64,000 nt of DNA, taken from Candidatus Spongiisociaceae bacterium (GTDB lineage: Bacteria; Actinomycetota; Acidimicrobiia; Spongiisociales; Spongiisociaceae). The position numbers were made by a program, and so were the translations under genes. This document shows positions 39,601-49,839 of this stretch, piece after piece (position 1 is the first letter of the stretch; each line of letters begins with the position of its first letter). The notes beneath the pieces were generated by a model, which made no database searches, had not been told where the DNA came from, and saw nothing but the letters and a program-made list of their open reading frames with translations. The DNA is taken from contig OZ253564.1 in the NCBI GenBank assembly GCA_965262915.1, positions 2,624,001 through 2,688,000 of the forward strand, written 5' to 3'.

Positions 39601-41067
39601 TCAGTCGTAGACGCCGACCACCGATGCGCGGCCGTCGGTCACCCGGCACAGCATGGCCCCCGCCGAGGTGACGATCTGGTAGAGGTCGCTCGGCTCCTCC
39701 TCGGCCCACCACCGGCCCAGCCTTCTCCACGGTCCCGCCCAGGCCACCACGGGTTCCCACCGGCTGGCCAGGCGCACCCTGGTCGGGATGCCGGCGTCCC
39801 ATTCCACGTCCAGGTGCCGGGGGCGGGGTGGTACCAGGCTCGGGGACGGCTCCGGAACCTTCCCCGGCCACGGGGACCCGAGAGAGCGTACCGGCTCGGG
39901 GAACTCCTCCCCCCAGCGGGTCCACTGCACCCGCTCGGCCGGGTCTCGCCCCCCTTGGGGGCGGGCTTCGAGGACCGAGTCGGGGCCCACGATGGTCCGG
40001 GTCCTCTCCAGCGCACGCTCGGCCTCGATGCGCGCCGCCGTTGCCTCGAACAGTCCCGGCTGGTGACCCTCATCGGACAGGTCGGCCGGTGACAGCTTGA
40101 GGCGGGCCAGACCGCCCGGTATCCCGCCGGTCTCGGTCCATGCCCGGAGCTGCCACCAGATCCTTTCGGCCAGTGCCCGGTCGTCGAAGGGTTCGGCTCT
40201 CCGCCATACCCGCGATCGCGTGGTTCCCTCGGCTGCTTCCGCCTCCACCTCCACCCGGTGAGGAGCGATTCGGTGTTGATCCAGCAAGCTCATGAGGGTC
40301 CCGGCCAGGTTGCGGGCGGCGAACCCCACCTGCTCGAGGAGTCGGAGCGGCTCCTCGAAGGTCCGCTCGACTACCAGGTCGGGAGGGATACGGCGCGGTG
40401 CGACCATCCGGTCCTCACCGCTCGCCAGCCGGTGGGCCTCCAGACCACGGGCGCCGAACCGGGACGCCACCGTGCCGCGGGGAAGGGCCGCCAGCCCCCC
40501 GAGGGTGGTCACCCCGAGCCACCGGAAGGTGGCGATCAGCTCGTCGGTCGCCAAGGCCGAGATATCCAGCCCGGCCAGGAAGGCCCTGTCGTCCTCCACC
40601 ATCAGCGCAGGGCGGGCCGAACGGGCTGCCCAGTACGCCGCGAACGGGCCGCCCGCCACCCCGAAACGGCCCCCTTCCGCCAGAGGATCAACCGCCCCGG
40701 CCACCCGGTCCACGACAGCCTCCTCCCCGCCGTAGTAGTGGATCGCCCCGTCGATAGGGACGAGCACCCAACCCGGCTCGACCACCTCGACCCGGGGAAT
40801 CAGGTCCTCGATCACGTCCAGCACCGGTTCGAAGCGCCGGGTCTCGCCGACCGGGTCACGGTCCAGGGACAGGGCCGATGGGCATAGAGCCTCGGCGGCG
40901 CGACACGCCATGCCGGTCTTCACTCCCGCTTCCCGCGCCGGATGGTTGACGGCCGCCACCAGCGGACGGCCGTCCCGGGTCCCTACGACGAAGACCGCCC
41001 TATCCGGCGGCGCGTCCGGTCTGCGGAGTAACCAATCGGGAAACCACACGCACAGGATGCGCGCCAT
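39601..41067 (-). CDS. imuB: Y-family polymerase-like protein ImuB
   Basis: RILCVWFPDW, A..AGV..GM...A.ALCP, LGVTTLG.LA.L, AGPWR...WW. Confidence 0.88.
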   Translation of the reverse strand: MARILCVWFPDWLLRRPDAPPDRAVFVVGTRDGRPLVAAVNHPAREAGVKTGMACRAAEALCPSALSLDRDPVGETRRFEPVLDVIEDLIPRVEVVEPGWVLVPIDGAIHYYGGEEAVVDRVAGAVDPLAEGGRFGVAGGPFAAYWAARSARPALMVEDDRAFLAGLDISALATDELIATFRWLGVTTLGGLAALPRGTVASRFGARGLEAHRLASGEDRMVAPRRIPPDLVVERTFEEPLRLLEQVGFAARNLAGTLMSLLDQHRIAPHRVEVEAEAAEGTTRSRVWRRAEPFDDRALAERIWWQLRAWTETGGIPGGLARLKLSPADLSDEGHQPGLFEATAARIEAERALERTRTIVGPDSVLEARPQGGRDPAERVQWTRWGEEFPEPVRSLGSPWPGKVPEPSPSLVPPRPRHLDVEWDAGIPTRVRLASRWEPVVAWAGPWRRLGRWWAEEEPSDLYQIVTSAGAMLCRVTDGRASVVGVYD

Positions 41068-41635
41068 CGTCCTCCACCTCCACCATCTGCCTCCGGCCCG
41101 CTGCGCCCTTCCCGGACAGTTCGAGGACGAGGGTGCGACGGTCCAGACGCCCGTGCCCCTCTCCGGCACCCGCCCACACGACTTGGTGGATCTGCACTCG
41201 TAGGTAAGCCAAACCGGAAGGGAGCCGACCATCGAGCGGGCGTAGGATCATGCCGGCGTCCCGTGCCCGCGCCTTGGCGCCGAGCCGTCGTAACACCGAT
41301 TCCCGTATGCCGGGAGGAACCTCGGCGTAGATCGCCTTCACCCCATCGAGCAGGGCGGCGACGACGCGCGGCCATCGAGCCGGATCACCGCAACGGACAA
41401 CCGCCAACTGATCAGGACGGATCCCCACCTCCCACACCGCCAGTGGGCATACCCATCCCCGAACGTCCACCACCACCCGGTAGGGATGCGACACCCCGGC
41501 CAGCATCGAGAACCCGACCCGGGTAAGCCCCAGCCCGGTGGGGCCTTCCAACCCGATCACATGTCCGGGACGCAACCCCAACGGGTCGGCGGCTACCCAC
41601 GCAGTCATGTCGGACACCGAAACGATCGTGGCCAT
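41000..41635 (-). CDS. imuA: ImuA'-like (RecA/SulA-like) protein
   Basis: AALLDG, RRLGAKARARDA, W.G...GHGRL; overlaps imuB; LexA box upstream. Confidence 0.75.
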   Translation of the reverse strand: MATIVSVSDMTAWVAADPLGLRPGHVIGLEGPTGLGLTRVGFSMLAGVSHPYRVVVDVRGWVCPLAVWEVGIRPDQLAVVRCGDPARWPRVVAALLDGVKAIYAEVPPGIRESVLRRLGAKARARDAGMILRPLDGRLPSGLAYLRVQIHQVVWAGAGEGHGRLDRRTLVLELSGKGAAGRRQMVEVEDDGAHPVRVVSRLVTPQTGRAAG

Positions 41636-41711
41636 TCCCTTCCCTACCCGTTCCTTCCTGTATCCGGGTGGTGTTCACTCCCTCGTCATCGACAAGGGCC
41701 ATACAGTATAC

Positions 41712-41725
41712 CGAACGTCTGTTCG
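41712..41725. promoter_or_regulatory. LexA (SOS) box upstream of imuA'
   Basis: CGAAC-GTCT-GTTCG next to -10 TATACT (41705-41710, minus strand). Confidence 0.9.
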
Positions 41726-41893
41726 ATTGAAAGTCCGAACGCCAAGAGAATGCGCGGATAGTGAGAGAGCATGGCCGGTGGGCGAACTGGAGCGAACCAG
41801 GCGGCGGCCACCGCCACCGCCACCGAACTCAGGTCCTGGGTCTCGGCACGGACGATCTCATCGGTTGAGACGCCGTCGATGTGGGCACACCGC

Positions 41894-43450
41894 TCATGTG
41901 CCTGGCGCCGAGCGTGTGTTCATGATCAACGCGGGCCGCTCTACGGGGATCCTGTACCAGCGGCGGCACAACTCCTCGATGTGCGGGTTCATGAGGTCTG
42001 CCAGCTCTCGCCGGCGCCGGGCTTCTGGTGTGGGCTTGTATAACTCGTCGGATAGTTCGGTGATACGGTCGGCGAGACGGTCCTCGTCGACCAGCAGCGC
42101 CTCGCCGTTCTCCACCACCTTGGTGCCGCCGACCATGACGAAGTCGATGTCGGTTGCGTCGGCCCGTTCCACCACCAGGTCCAACTCGGGTGTGGTGGTG
42201 TATCGGGCGGGCGGGAATCCGATGCGGTCCTTGCGGACGCTTATCAGGTCAGCCTGATAACCCGGGGCCAGGGTTCCGACGACACCCCCGAAGCCCGCGG
42301 GAACCGCTCCCGATTCGGTGGCCGATCGCAGCAGGGTCTCCGAGGGGATGCGGTAGCCGGCAACATCGTTGGGCTCGCGCTGGAGGTAGCCGGCGAGGCG
42401 CACCTCTCCGATGAAGTCCTCACGATCGCCCGAGGAGATGCCGTCGGTCCCGATGCTGACCGTGCTCCCGGCGTCGAGGATGTCCCGGACCCGGCAGATG
42501 CCTGCGGACGAGCGTAGGTTCGAGCCGGGACAGTGGACCGGCACTGCCCCGGTGTCGGCGACGATGGCGATGTCCTCGTCGGTCGCCCACACGAAATGCG
42601 ACAAAGTGACGTCCTCGCCGAGGACACCCAGGTCGGCAAGGCGGCGCATACCCGACGGGCCGATATTCTCGACGGTCCACATCAGCTCCGAGCGGGTCTC
42701 GAGTGCATGGGTGGAGATGGTCGTTTCGTACTCGTCGGCCGCTCGTCGGCATCGCCGGTACAGCTCATCCGAGCATGCCGGCGTCCAGTCGGGAGCAAGG
42801 ATGATCCGGGATCGGCCGTTCCGCCTGTCCCACTTCTCGTAGAGTTCGTCGAAGACCCTGAACTGGTCGTCGATCGGCCAGGCGTATCCCAGCGGGGAGT
42901 TCCGTACTTCGGCCACGATCTCCGGCGGCAGCCGGGCCAGGAACACCTCGTCGTCTTCGTGCGTATAGGTGTTCTGGTCCCGCATCGTGATCCCGAGAGC
43001 GACCCGGATTCCAACGGATTCGTACGCCCGCAGCACGGCCTCGGCACCGAGCAAGGGCAGCCAGGGACGGCCGTAGAACGTGTCGATGAGGGTGGTTTGG
43101 CCTCCCTTTGCGGCGTGGATCAGCCCGTAGGTGGCCAGCAACTCGATGATCTCCTCGGTGGTGTCGATGAGCCCCGAGCCCATGTAGAGGTTGTCGAGCT
43201 CGAAGATTCGGCCGCCGATGAGCCCCGGCGCCGTCCAGCATTCGGTGTGGTAGTGCCCGTTAACGAAGCCCGGGACGATGATCCGGTCGGGGCCGCCTAG
43301 TTCGTCGTCGAAGGGACCTTTGGCTTCGATACGCTGACGGGGGCCTACATCGGTGATGATCCCGTCTTCGATTATCAGAGCACCGTCCGTGATGGTCCCC
43401 AGATCGCCGTTCGCCAGGACGGTGCTACCCCGTACCACCATCCGCACCAT
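41894..43450 (-). CDS. amidohydrolase family protein (deaminase/chlorohydrolase-like)
   Basis: PGFVNGHYH, THALE, LSHFVW, HCPGSN, IGTD, G.LAPG.QAD. Confidence 0.88.
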   Translation of the reverse strand: MVRMVVRGSTVLANGDLGTITDGALIIEDGIITDVGPRQRIEAKGPFDDELGGPDRIIVPGFVNGHYHTECWTAPGLIGGRIFELDNLYMGSGLIDTTEEIIELLATYGLIHAAKGGQTTLIDTFYGRPWLPLLGAEAVLRAYESVGIRVALGITMRDQNTYTHEDDEVFLARLPPEIVAEVRNSPLGYAWPIDDQFRVFDELYEKWDRRNGRSRIILAPDWTPACSDELYRRCRRAADEYETTISTHALETRSELMWTVENIGPSGMRRLADLGVLGEDVTLSHFVWATDEDIAIVADTGAVPVHCPGSNLRSSAGICRVRDILDAGSTVSIGTDGISSGDREDFIGEVRLAGYLQREPNDVAGYRIPSETLLRSATESGAVPAGFGGVVGTLAPGYQADLISVRKDRIGFPPARYTTTPELDLVVERADATDIDFVMVGGTKVVENGEALLVDEDRLADRITELSDELYKPTPEARRRRELADLMNPHIEELCRRWYRIPVERPALIMNTRSAPGT

Positions 43451-43578
43451 GTCACTCCAAAGTGGATCTCCAGATACAATACACCGACCGGGTTCCGGCC
43501 ACCGCGGCTCCCTGCTCGATACAGGAAGCGGCCCCGACGCCGTCAAAGCCCGCACATGACGGGAGCGAGCGGACTGCG

Positions 43579-45972
43579 ATGAGTGCCCTGATCGGCATGC
43601 CCAGCACACGACGCGAGGATGCGAGGCTCCTATCCGGTCGGGCCGCATACCTCGCCGACATACGCGTCCCCGGTGCGCTCGAGGCCGCGTTCGTGCGCTC
43701 CCCCATCGCCCACGGCACGATCACCGAGATCGATTCGACGCGGGCGCTCGCGCTCGACGGAGTGGCCGCGGTGTTCACCGGCGAAACCCTCCCGGAGCAT
43801 GCGCCGCTCGTGGACGCAGTGGGAATCGACGGCCTCGTCAAGACGCCCCAGGCGCCGCTCGCTTCGAGCCGGGTCCGCTTCGTGGGAGAGCCGGTCGCCG
43901 TGGTCGTCGCCCGGGATCGGTACGTTGCCGAGGACGGCGCCGCCCTCGTTTTCGTCGACTACGAGACGCTCCCGGCGGTGACCGATTGCCGCGCCGCTGC
44001 TCACCCGGATGCTCCGCTGCTGTTCCCCGCTCTCGGCACCAACGTCGTCTACCGGACCATCAAGACCTTCGGTGACCCCGGTGGGGTGCTGGCGACTGCG
44101 CACCGGGTGTACCGATCAGAGTTCCACGGAGGCCGGCTGACGGCTGCCCCGATGGAGTGCCGGGGATGTGTAGCAGACTACGACGCCGGACGGGGACGAT
44201 TGACGGTGTGGGCGTCGACCCAGGGGCATCATCTTCTGCGCCGACGGCTGGCGACGACCACCGGCCTTCCGGAAAACCGGATTCGGGTCATCGTCCCGGA
44301 CGTGGGGGGCGGCTTCGGCCAGAAGATCCCCGCCGCGCCGGAGGAGATCGCCGTGGCTCTCGCCTCGATCGCGCTGGGCCGGCCGGTGCGATGGGTGGAA
44401 GATCGCCGCGAGAATCTGGTCGCCGCTCCCCAGGCCAAGGAGCAGGTGGTGATCACCGATCTGGGCGTGGATGAACGTGGACGCTTTCTGGCGATGAAGG
44501 CCACCGTCATCGGGGACGCAGGCGCTTTCTCGTTCAACAGCGCCAGCGCCCTCATCGAGCCGTACCTGTCGGCTCTACTGATGCCCAGCGTCTACGCGAT
44601 CGACCATTTCGAATGCGAGATCATCGCCACGCTCACCAACAAGTCGCCGGTCTCGCCATACCGGGGTGTCGGGTGGACGGCTTCGCACACCGCCCGGGAG
44701 TTGCTCATCGACCGTATCGCCCACGGAGAAGGGTGGGATCCGGCCGAGTTGCGCCGGATGAACATGATCCGAACCGCGGACTTCCCATATACGAACGTTA
44801 CGGGAATGGTCTACGACAGCGGCTCGTTCCGCGAGTCGCTCGACGAGGCCCTCCGGATGGCCGACTACGCCGGGTTCCGGGCACAGGCCGACCCGGCGAC
44901 CACCCCTCGCCGACGCGGTATCGGTATCAGCCCCTACGTCGAACCGAACGGCTGGGGCAGCGAGGGAGCAGCCCAATCACAGTGGGTCTTTGCCTCCCAC
45001 GACGCAGCCCGGGTCACGATGGACTCGACCGGCCACGTCACTGTTGCGGTGGGCACACCCTCCCAGGGCCAGGGCCACGAGACCACGCTGGCCCAAGTCG
45101 CGGCGGCGACACTGGGCGTGCCGCCGGAGACGATCGAGGTCCGCAACGACGACACCGACGCGACGCCGCCCAGCATGGCCGGGACCCGCGCCTCTCGCAC
45201 CGCAGTAGTGACCGGCGGCGCAGTCGTGCTGGCGTCGGAGGACGTGAGGGACAAGCTGGTCCGGGTTGCCGCCCATCTGCTCGAGGCGGCCGAACACGAT
45301 GTGGTGATCACGAACGGGACCGCGTGCGTCGTCGGCCACGAGACGGCCGGTCTGCCAGTTGCAGAGGTCGCCGCCGCGGCGTATTTCGACCCCGCCGTGC
45401 GGGCCGCGGAGCCCGAACCGCTGCTCAGCTCACAGCGCTTCCACGATCCGGGCGCCACCTATTCCAACGGCTGCATGGTGGCGGTGGTCGAGGTCGACCT
45501 CGAGACAGGGGGTGTCGAAGTCCTCGACCTGGTTGCGGTCGAGGACTGCGGCCGAATGATCAACCCGCTGATCGTCGAAGGTCAACTGCGCGGGGCCGCC
45601 GTTCAGGGTCTCGGGTGTGCATTGCTCGAGAAGGTTGTCCACGACGCAGAGGGACAGTTGCTCACGAGCACGTTCATGGATTATCTGCTCCCCACGTCCG
45701 CCGACTCGCCGCGGATCCGTATCGGTCATCTCGAGTCGCCGTCCCCGAACACCGTCGGCGGGGTCAAGGGTATGGGTGAGTCGGGGATGATCGCGGTGCC
45801 GGCCGCCATCGCCAACGCGGTGGCGGACGCCCTCCCCTGCCATGCCGCTATCGACCGTCTTCCGGTTACGCCCGAACTGGTCGTCGCCCTTTCGTCGCGG
45901 CCGGCCGGCAGAAAGCACCGGTGCTCGATGCATCAGGTACGACACGACCACCGATCAAGGAGTGAGAGATGA
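43579..45972 (+). CDS. xanthine dehydrogenase-family molybdopterin-binding subunit
   Basis: RREDARLL.G, DVGGGFGQK, SPYRGVG, GQGHET, INPLIVEGQ, KGMGE. Confidence 0.92.
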   Translation: MSALIGMPSTRREDARLLSGRAAYLADIRVPGALEAAFVRSPIAHGTITEIDSTRALALDGVAAVFTGETLPEHAPLVDAVGIDGLVKTPQAPLASSRVRFVGEPVAVVVARDRYVAEDGAALVFVDYETLPAVTDCRAAAHPDAPLLFPALGTNVVYRTIKTFGDPGGVLATAHRVYRSEFHGGRLTAAPMECRGCVADYDAGRGRLTVWASTQGHHLLRRRLATTTGLPENRIRVIVPDVGGGFGQKIPAAPEEIAVALASIALGRPVRWVEDRRENLVAAPQAKEQVVITDLGVDERGRFLAMKATVIGDAGAFSFNSASALIEPYLSALLMPSVYAIDHFECEIIATLTNKSPVSPYRGVGWTASHTARELLIDRIAHGEGWDPAELRRMNMIRTADFPYTNVTGMVYDSGSFRESLDEALRMADYAGFRAQADPATTPRRRGIGISPYVEPNGWGSEGAAQSQWVFASHDAARVTMDSTGHVTVAVGTPSQGQGHETTLAQVAAATLGVPPETIEVRNDDTDATPPSMAGTRASRTAVVTGGAVVLASEDVRDKLVRVAAHLLEAAEHDVVITNGTACVVGHETAGLPVAEVAAAAYFDPAVRAAEPEPLLSSQRFHDPGATYSNGCMVAVVEVDLETGGVEVLDLVAVEDCGRMINPLIVEGQLRGAAVQGLGCALLEKVVHDAEGQLLTSTFMDYLLPTSADSPRIRIGHLESPSPNTVGGVKGMGESGMIAVPAAIANAVADALPCHAAIDRLPVTPELVVALSSRPAGRKHRCSMHQVRHDHRSRSER

Positions 45973-47045
45973 AGGCGGCGATGCTGCGATCCATCCCCGG
46001 CGAATTGCAGATCGAGGATATCGAGATCGGTCAGGCCGGTCCGCACGAAGTCCTGGTCCGGACGGTTGCCGCCGGCGTCTGCCGCTCCGACCACCATTAC
46101 CTCGTCGGTAAGTACACGACGCCGCTGCCGACCGTGATGGGCCACGAGGGTTCCGGGATCGTCGAAGCCGTCGGCGACCTGGTTACCCACGTGAAGCCGG
46201 GAGACCACATCGTGGCTTGCCTGTCGGTTTTCTGCGGACGGTGCGAATTCTGCCTTACCGGGCGGATGGTCCTGTGCGCCCAGGAGGGCACGATGCGCGA
46301 CATGGAACCGCCGCGCCTATCCAAGGACGGCGAGTTGATCCACCCATACAGCGCCATCGGGGCGTTCGCGGAGCAGATGCTCCTCCACGAACACGCCGTG
46401 GTGAAGATCGACGACGATATCCCCCTGCTAAGCGCCGCCACGGTGGGATGCGCCGTGGTCACCGGGCTGGGATCCGTCTTCAACACCGCGGCGGTGAAGC
46501 CGGGGACCACCGTCGCCGTCATCGGGGCCGGCGGCGTGGGCCTCAACGTGATCCAGGGCAGCATCCTTGCCGGAGCGAGCCGGGTCGTCGCCGTCGACAT
46601 CACCCCCCGTAAGCTCGTCACGGCGCGGGGGTTTGGGGCTACGGACGGGATAGGGTCCGAGGACCCGGTAGACGAGTTGCTCGATCTCACCGGGGGCGGC
46701 GTCGACTACGCCTTCGACGCAGTAGGTATCAAGGCCACGGCCGAGCAGGCGTTCGCCATGCTGCGCCCCGGGGGTACCGCCACCCTCATCGGCATGATTC
46801 CCCTCGGGGTGGATATCTCTCTCCCGGGCGTCGATTTCCTCTACGAGAAGACGGTCAAGGGCTCGAACATGGGATCGACCCGGTCCCGGGTTGACATCCC
46901 CCGATACCTCGACCTCTACCGCAGGGGACGAATCAAACTCGACGAGTTGATCGGCCGTACCCGTCCGCTCGAAGAGATCGGCGCCGCGATGGCCGACCTC
47001 GACGGGGGAACGTTGGCCCGGACCGTAATTACGTTCGGCGACTGA
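45969..47045 (+). CDS. Zn-dependent alcohol dehydrogenase
   Basis: GVCRSD, GHEG, CGRCEFC, GCAVVTG, GAGGVG. Confidence 0.93.
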   Translation: MKAAMLRSIPGELQIEDIEIGQAGPHEVLVRTVAAGVCRSDHHYLVGKYTTPLPTVMGHEGSGIVEAVGDLVTHVKPGDHIVACLSVFCGRCEFCLTGRMVLCAQEGTMRDMEPPRLSKDGELIHPYSAIGAFAEQMLLHEHAVVKIDDDIPLLSAATVGCAVVTGLGSVFNTAAVKPGTTVAVIGAGGVGLNVIQGSILAGASRVVAVDITPRKLVTARGFGATDGIGSEDPVDELLDLTGGGVDYAFDAVGIKATAEQAFAMLRPGGTATLIGMIPLGVDISLPGVDFLYEKTVKGSNMGSTRSRVDIPRYLDLYRRGRIKLDELIGRTRPLEEIGAAMADLDGGTLARTVITFGD

Positions 47046-47129
47046 GGTGGCATTCTGTGGCGCATCAGCAGGAGGGTGCCGAGCAATCCACCGCCGGTCC
47101 AAGAGGAATCGTCATTGCTCAGCACCTTC

Positions 47130-48122
47130 CTAGGGCTGGACGGCGAAGGCCGCTTCGAGGTCCACCCCGAGGCGGAGTTCGTCCCCGGCTTCCGGCACCG
47201 GCCGCCAGCGCACGACTACTTCGAGGACGATATCCTCGGCGGCCTCCAGCTTCACCAGGAAGTGGTCGCCGCGGTAGGTCCGGCTCTGCACGACGCCGAT
47301 GAACGGACCCGCCCGGTCGATCTCGAATCCGTCGGGTCGATACACGACGTACCCGCCGGCGGGGCCGTCCGGGACCGGCCATCCCAGTTCCCTGGCCCGC
47401 TGCGGGTCGATCAGGTTGTTGAAACCGAGGAATCGAGCGGCGAATTCGTTACGCGGACGGGACCAGATGTCGAGCGGGCTTCCGATCTGCTCGAGGCGGC
47501 CGGTGTTCATTACCATGACCCGGTCTGCCAGCGCCAAGGCCTCCTCCTGATCGTGGGTCACGTATAGCGCGGTGGTGCCCAGGCTGGAGAGCACTTCGCT
47601 GAGCTCGAGCACCAGGCGCTCCCGCAGGCTTCGGTCCAGGGATCCCAGCGGCTCGTCGAACATGAGCAGCCTCGGGGACGGTGCGATGGCCCGGGCCAGG
47701 GCGACCCGCTGCTGCTGGCCACCGGAAAGCTGGCCGACCCCTCGTTCCCCGAGGCCCGCCAAGCCGACCTGATCGAGGACCTCCTCGACCCGTTTGTGGA
47801 TCTCGACCTTCGGCATCGACTGCATCCGGAGACCAAAGGCCACGTTGTCAGCCACCGATCGGTGAGGAAACAGGGCATAGTCCTGGAACATCAAGCCGAA
47901 CCCGCGCTTATGCACCGGCAGCTTCGTCACATCCTGCCCGTCCCAGGAGACCCTTCCTGCAGCTGGTTCTTCGAGTCCGGCGATAACCCGCAACAAGGTG
48001 CTCTTGCCGCAGCCGCTGGGGCCGAGGACGCACACCACCTCTCCGGATTCCACCTGGATGCTCAGGTTGTCCACAGCGGTGATGTCGCCGAAACGAACCG
48101 TGAGATCATCGACCTTCAGCAC
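47130..48122 (-). CDS. ABC transporter ATP-binding protein (ThiQ/PotA-like)
   Basis: [33 protein letters not shown]. Confidence 0.92.
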   Translation of the reverse strand: MLKVDDLTVRFGDITAVDNLSIQVESGEVVCVLGPSGCGKSTLLRVIAGLEEPAAGRVSWDGQDVTKLPVHKRGFGLMFQDYALFPHRSVADNVAFGLRMQSMPKVEIHKRVEEVLDQVGLAGLGERGVGQLSGGQQQRVALARAIAPSPRLLMFDEPLGSLDRSLRERLVLELSEVLSSLGTTALYVTHDQEEALALADRVMVMNTGRLEQIGSPLDIWSRPRNEFAARFLGFNNLIDPQRARELGWPVPDGPAGGYVVYRPDGFEIDRAGPFIGVVQSRTYRGDHFLVKLEAAEDIVLEVVVRWRPVPEAGDELRLGVDLEAAFAVQP

Positions 48123-48135
48123 ATCGGCGCCCCTC

Positions 48136-49839
48136 TCAGAAGTTCCCTACATCGCCGGCGCGGAATCGCTCCACCAGCAACATGACTACTCCGGTCACCG
48201 CCATCAGTATGACGCTCATCGCCATCGCCATGCCGAAGTTCAGCTCTCCGGGACGGCCGATGAGCCGGAATATCGCTACTGGAAGCGTGAGGATGTTGGG
48301 GCGGACGATGAACGCCGTAGCTCCGAACTCTCCGAGGGAGATGGCCGCGGCGAACCCGGCGCCGACCAGCCCCGCTTTGGCAACGATGGGTAAGTCGATC
48401 TCGCGTCCCACCCTGGCCGGGCTGGCGCCGAGCACGGCCGCCGCCTCACGTAATCGGTTGTCGATGGAGCGGATCATCGGCGCCATGACGCGAATCACGA
48501 ACGGGGCGGCCACCAGCGCGTGTGCCAGCGGGATGAGGAACCGGTTGGTGCGCAGATCGAGGATGCCCTTGTCGAGCGATATGAGGAAGCCGAAACCGAT
48601 GGTGACCGCCGAGGTCCCCAACGGCAGCATCAACAGCGAATCGAACCATCGTGACCAGCGGCTGCGACCGTAGGCCACGACGATCGAGGCCAGCCCGCCG
48701 ACTGTGAGGGCGATCAGTGACGCCACCAAGGCGAACAGCAACGAGTTGACGATGGCCTCCGTCGGAGGCACCGCCAACGTGGTGCGTCCCCCTGATTGGT
48801 TGAGATTGCGGTAATAATCGAGGCCGATACCGGTCGACGTGGTGATTGATCGCTTTACCAGGACCCCCAAGGGGACGAACAGCAACGCTCCCATCACCGT
48901 GAGATTCCCCGCGATTGTCGCCCGCGCCTTCCATGTAGTGGCGCGGCGCTCCACCTCGCTCGCAGGTCGCAGATTCAGTTCGATCGCCCGCCGCTCCTGG
49001 TAGCGCGAGTAGACGCTGAGGATCAGGAAAACACCGATGAGCTGCACGATGGCGAGGGATGCCGCGACGGGAAGGTTGAGGAACTGGGCGGTCTGGCGGA
49101 ATATCTCCACCTCGAGCGTGGCGCGGCGCGGCGCCCCGAGAATCAAGATCACCCCGAAAGAGGTAAAAGAGAAGAGGAACACGATCGAGGCCGCGGCAGC
49201 TATGGCAGGACGAAGCAACGGGAGCGTGACCTCGAAGAAGGTTCTGATTCGACCGGCGCCGAGCACGCGCGCCACCTGTTCCATACGGGGGTCGAGGTGG
49301 GCCCACATGCCACCCACCGTGCGCACCACTACTGCGTAGTTGTAGAAACTGTGGGCCAGGAGGATGATCCATATCGAGCCCTTGAGATCGATGCCGAGCG
49401 AGCCATTGGGCCCGGCGAGGGTCAGGAACGCCACACCGACCACGACCGTCGGAAGGATCAGTGGCACCGTGATCGCCGCCCGCAGGATCGACCGCCCCCA
49501 GAACCGGTATCGCGACATGATGTACGCGCCGGGGAGAGCGATGAGGACGGTCAAGATCGTCGATACCGCGGCCTGCCAGAGGGTGAACCACGCCACCTTG
49601 CGTAGATCGCGGTCCGTGAAGACGTCGGCTAACGCCTCAAGGCTGAAGACGTTGTCCGGCGTCAGGCCGCGCCATATGATCGACGCCACCGGATAGACGA
49701 AGAAGATCAGGATGAACCCGAGGGGCACCCCCACGAGGACCACCCTCAAGGCGACGCGCCTGAGGGAGTCGACCCTCGCGGAGGTGTTCCCCCGGTTAGC
49801 GATCAGCGCAGAACGGTGCTGTCCCACTCGCCGATCCAA
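48136..49839 (-). CDS. ABC transporter permease, two TM domains (ThiP-like)
   Basis: Two EAA-like loops (EQVARVLGA, EAAAVLGA), FTLWQA, SLGEFGA. Confidence 0.88.
   Translation of the reverse strand: MDRRVGQHRSALIANRGNTSARVDSLRRVALRVVLVGVPLGFILIFFVYPVASIIWRGLTPDNVFSLEALADVFTDRDLRKVAWFTLWQAAVSTILTVLIALPGAYIMSRYRFWGRSILRAAITVPLILPTVVVGVAFLTLAGPNGSLGIDLKGSIWIILLAHSFYNYAVVVRTVGGMWAHLDPRMEQVARVLGAGRIRTFFEVTLPLLRPAIAAAASIVFLFSFTSFGVILILGAPRRATLEVEIFRQTAQFLNLPVAASLAIVQLIGVFLILSVYSRYQERRAIELNLRPASEVERRATTWKARATIAGNLTVMGALLFVPLGVLVKRSITTSTGIGLDYYRNLNQSGGRTTLAVPPTEAIVNSLLFALVASLIALTVGGLASIVVAYGRSRWSRWFDSLLMLPLGTSAVTIGFGFLISLDKGILDLRTNRFLIPLAHALVAAPFVIRVMAPMIRSIDNRLREAAAVLGASPARVGREIDLPIVAKAGLVGAGFAAAISLGEFGATAFIVRPNILTLPVAIFRLIGRPGELNFGMAMAMSVILMAVTGVVMLLVERFRAGDVGNF

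Noticed and set aside
43579-45972. Aerobic CO dehydrogenase CoxL
   Set aside because: Active-site loop is SPYRGVG, not form I AYxCSFR; no coxM/coxS adjacent
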